A DNA stretch of 64,000 nt, taken from Sphaerodactylus townsendi (taxonomy: Eukaryota). The position numbers were made by a program, and so were the translations under genes. The stretch covers positions 109,058,001 through 109,122,000 of the forward strand of contig NC_059430.1 of the NCBI RefSeq assembly GCF_021028975.2, written 5' to 3'. Every line of letters starts with the position of its first letter. Position 1 is the first letter of the stretch. The notes below the pieces were generated by a model that saw only the letters and a program-made list of their open reading frames with translations, was not told the DNA's origin and searched no databases. Positions 63,801 to 64,000 of this stretch are shown one piece after another.

Positions 63801-64000
63801 TTTGGCATGACTGCTTGTTCCATTAGGCCAGGCTGCTTTTGAGTTGATTCTTAGTTTTCACTCATTAATACCGAGCCACTGGCCACCCCATGGCTACATC
63901 ATTACAAGTGACACAGCATTACAAAGGTGACTCCAGACCTGCCTGTCCCAACTGTCTTACCTGTATGTGTCCTGACATGCGTTTTCAGGTGGTGACTTGC
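57890..64000 (-). CDS. MTF1: Metal regulatory transcription factor 1, 3' coding exons (gene continues beyond window end)
   Basis: Exons 63961-64000 (partial, [14 protein letters not shown]), 63271-63404 ([28 protein letters not shown], zinc finger 6), 62335-62412, 61960-62062, 60765-61294, 60500-60563 and 57890-58311 ([29 protein letters not shown], diagnostic cysteine cluster). Long 3' UTR to a candidate ATTAAA at about 53754-53759. Confidence 0.97.
58398..58678 (-). mobile_element. Sauria-like SINE
   Basis: tRNA head (GTGGCATAGTGGTTAA..GGAGTTCGAGCC), CGGTAAATGAGTACC core, ACCTTT-type tail. Confidence 0.7.
59130..59700 (+). mobile_element. L2 LINE fragment
   Basis: [31 protein letters not shown] is typical of the L2 ORF2 C-terminus. 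Confidence 0.75.
59934..60253. mobile_element. Two adjacent hAT MITEs inserted in a 5S-derived SINE
   Basis: 59934-60079 (TSD TCCTATAG) and 60090-60253 (TSD CTATAGGG); same ggactacaattcccatcagcccctg core. Confidence 0.85.
61382..61442. mobile_element. Half-length hAT MITE
   Basis: Left arm only, ends at an internal CCCCTG; TSD CTCTAGTG on both sides. Confidence 0.8.
63055..63192. mobile_element. Older hAT MITE
   Basis: Degenerate copy of the same family; TSD TCCTAGAT. Confidence 0.75.

Overview
Eukaryotic (vertebrate) genomic DNA, almost certainly a squamate reptile and probably a gecko (Squam2/Squam3-like and Sauria-like SINEs, BovB/RTE, CR1, L2, Penelope, hAT MITEs). Six spliced protein-coding genes can be reconstructed with in-frame exons: the 3' end of UBXN11 (+), then SH3BGRL3, CEP85, AIRIM/C1orf109, YRDC and the 3' half of MTF1 (all -). 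Most notable: (1) a young Ty1/copia provirus reduced to LTR-PBS-gag-protease-R/U5 with an intact 444-aa ORF, whose U3 carries three tandem MTF1-type metal response elements ahead of CCAAT and TATA boxes; (2) a U12-type intron with GC-AG ends in AIRIM; (3) two Penelope-derived fold-back elements with minimal hammerhead ribozyme motifs on both strands; (4) a short YRDC intron containing an in-frame ATG that could switch mitochondrial versus cytosolic isoforms; (5) nested inverted repeats and a CGATCG palindrome in the CEP85 CpG island. Gene identities rest on remembered similarity to human orthologues; no searches were run.
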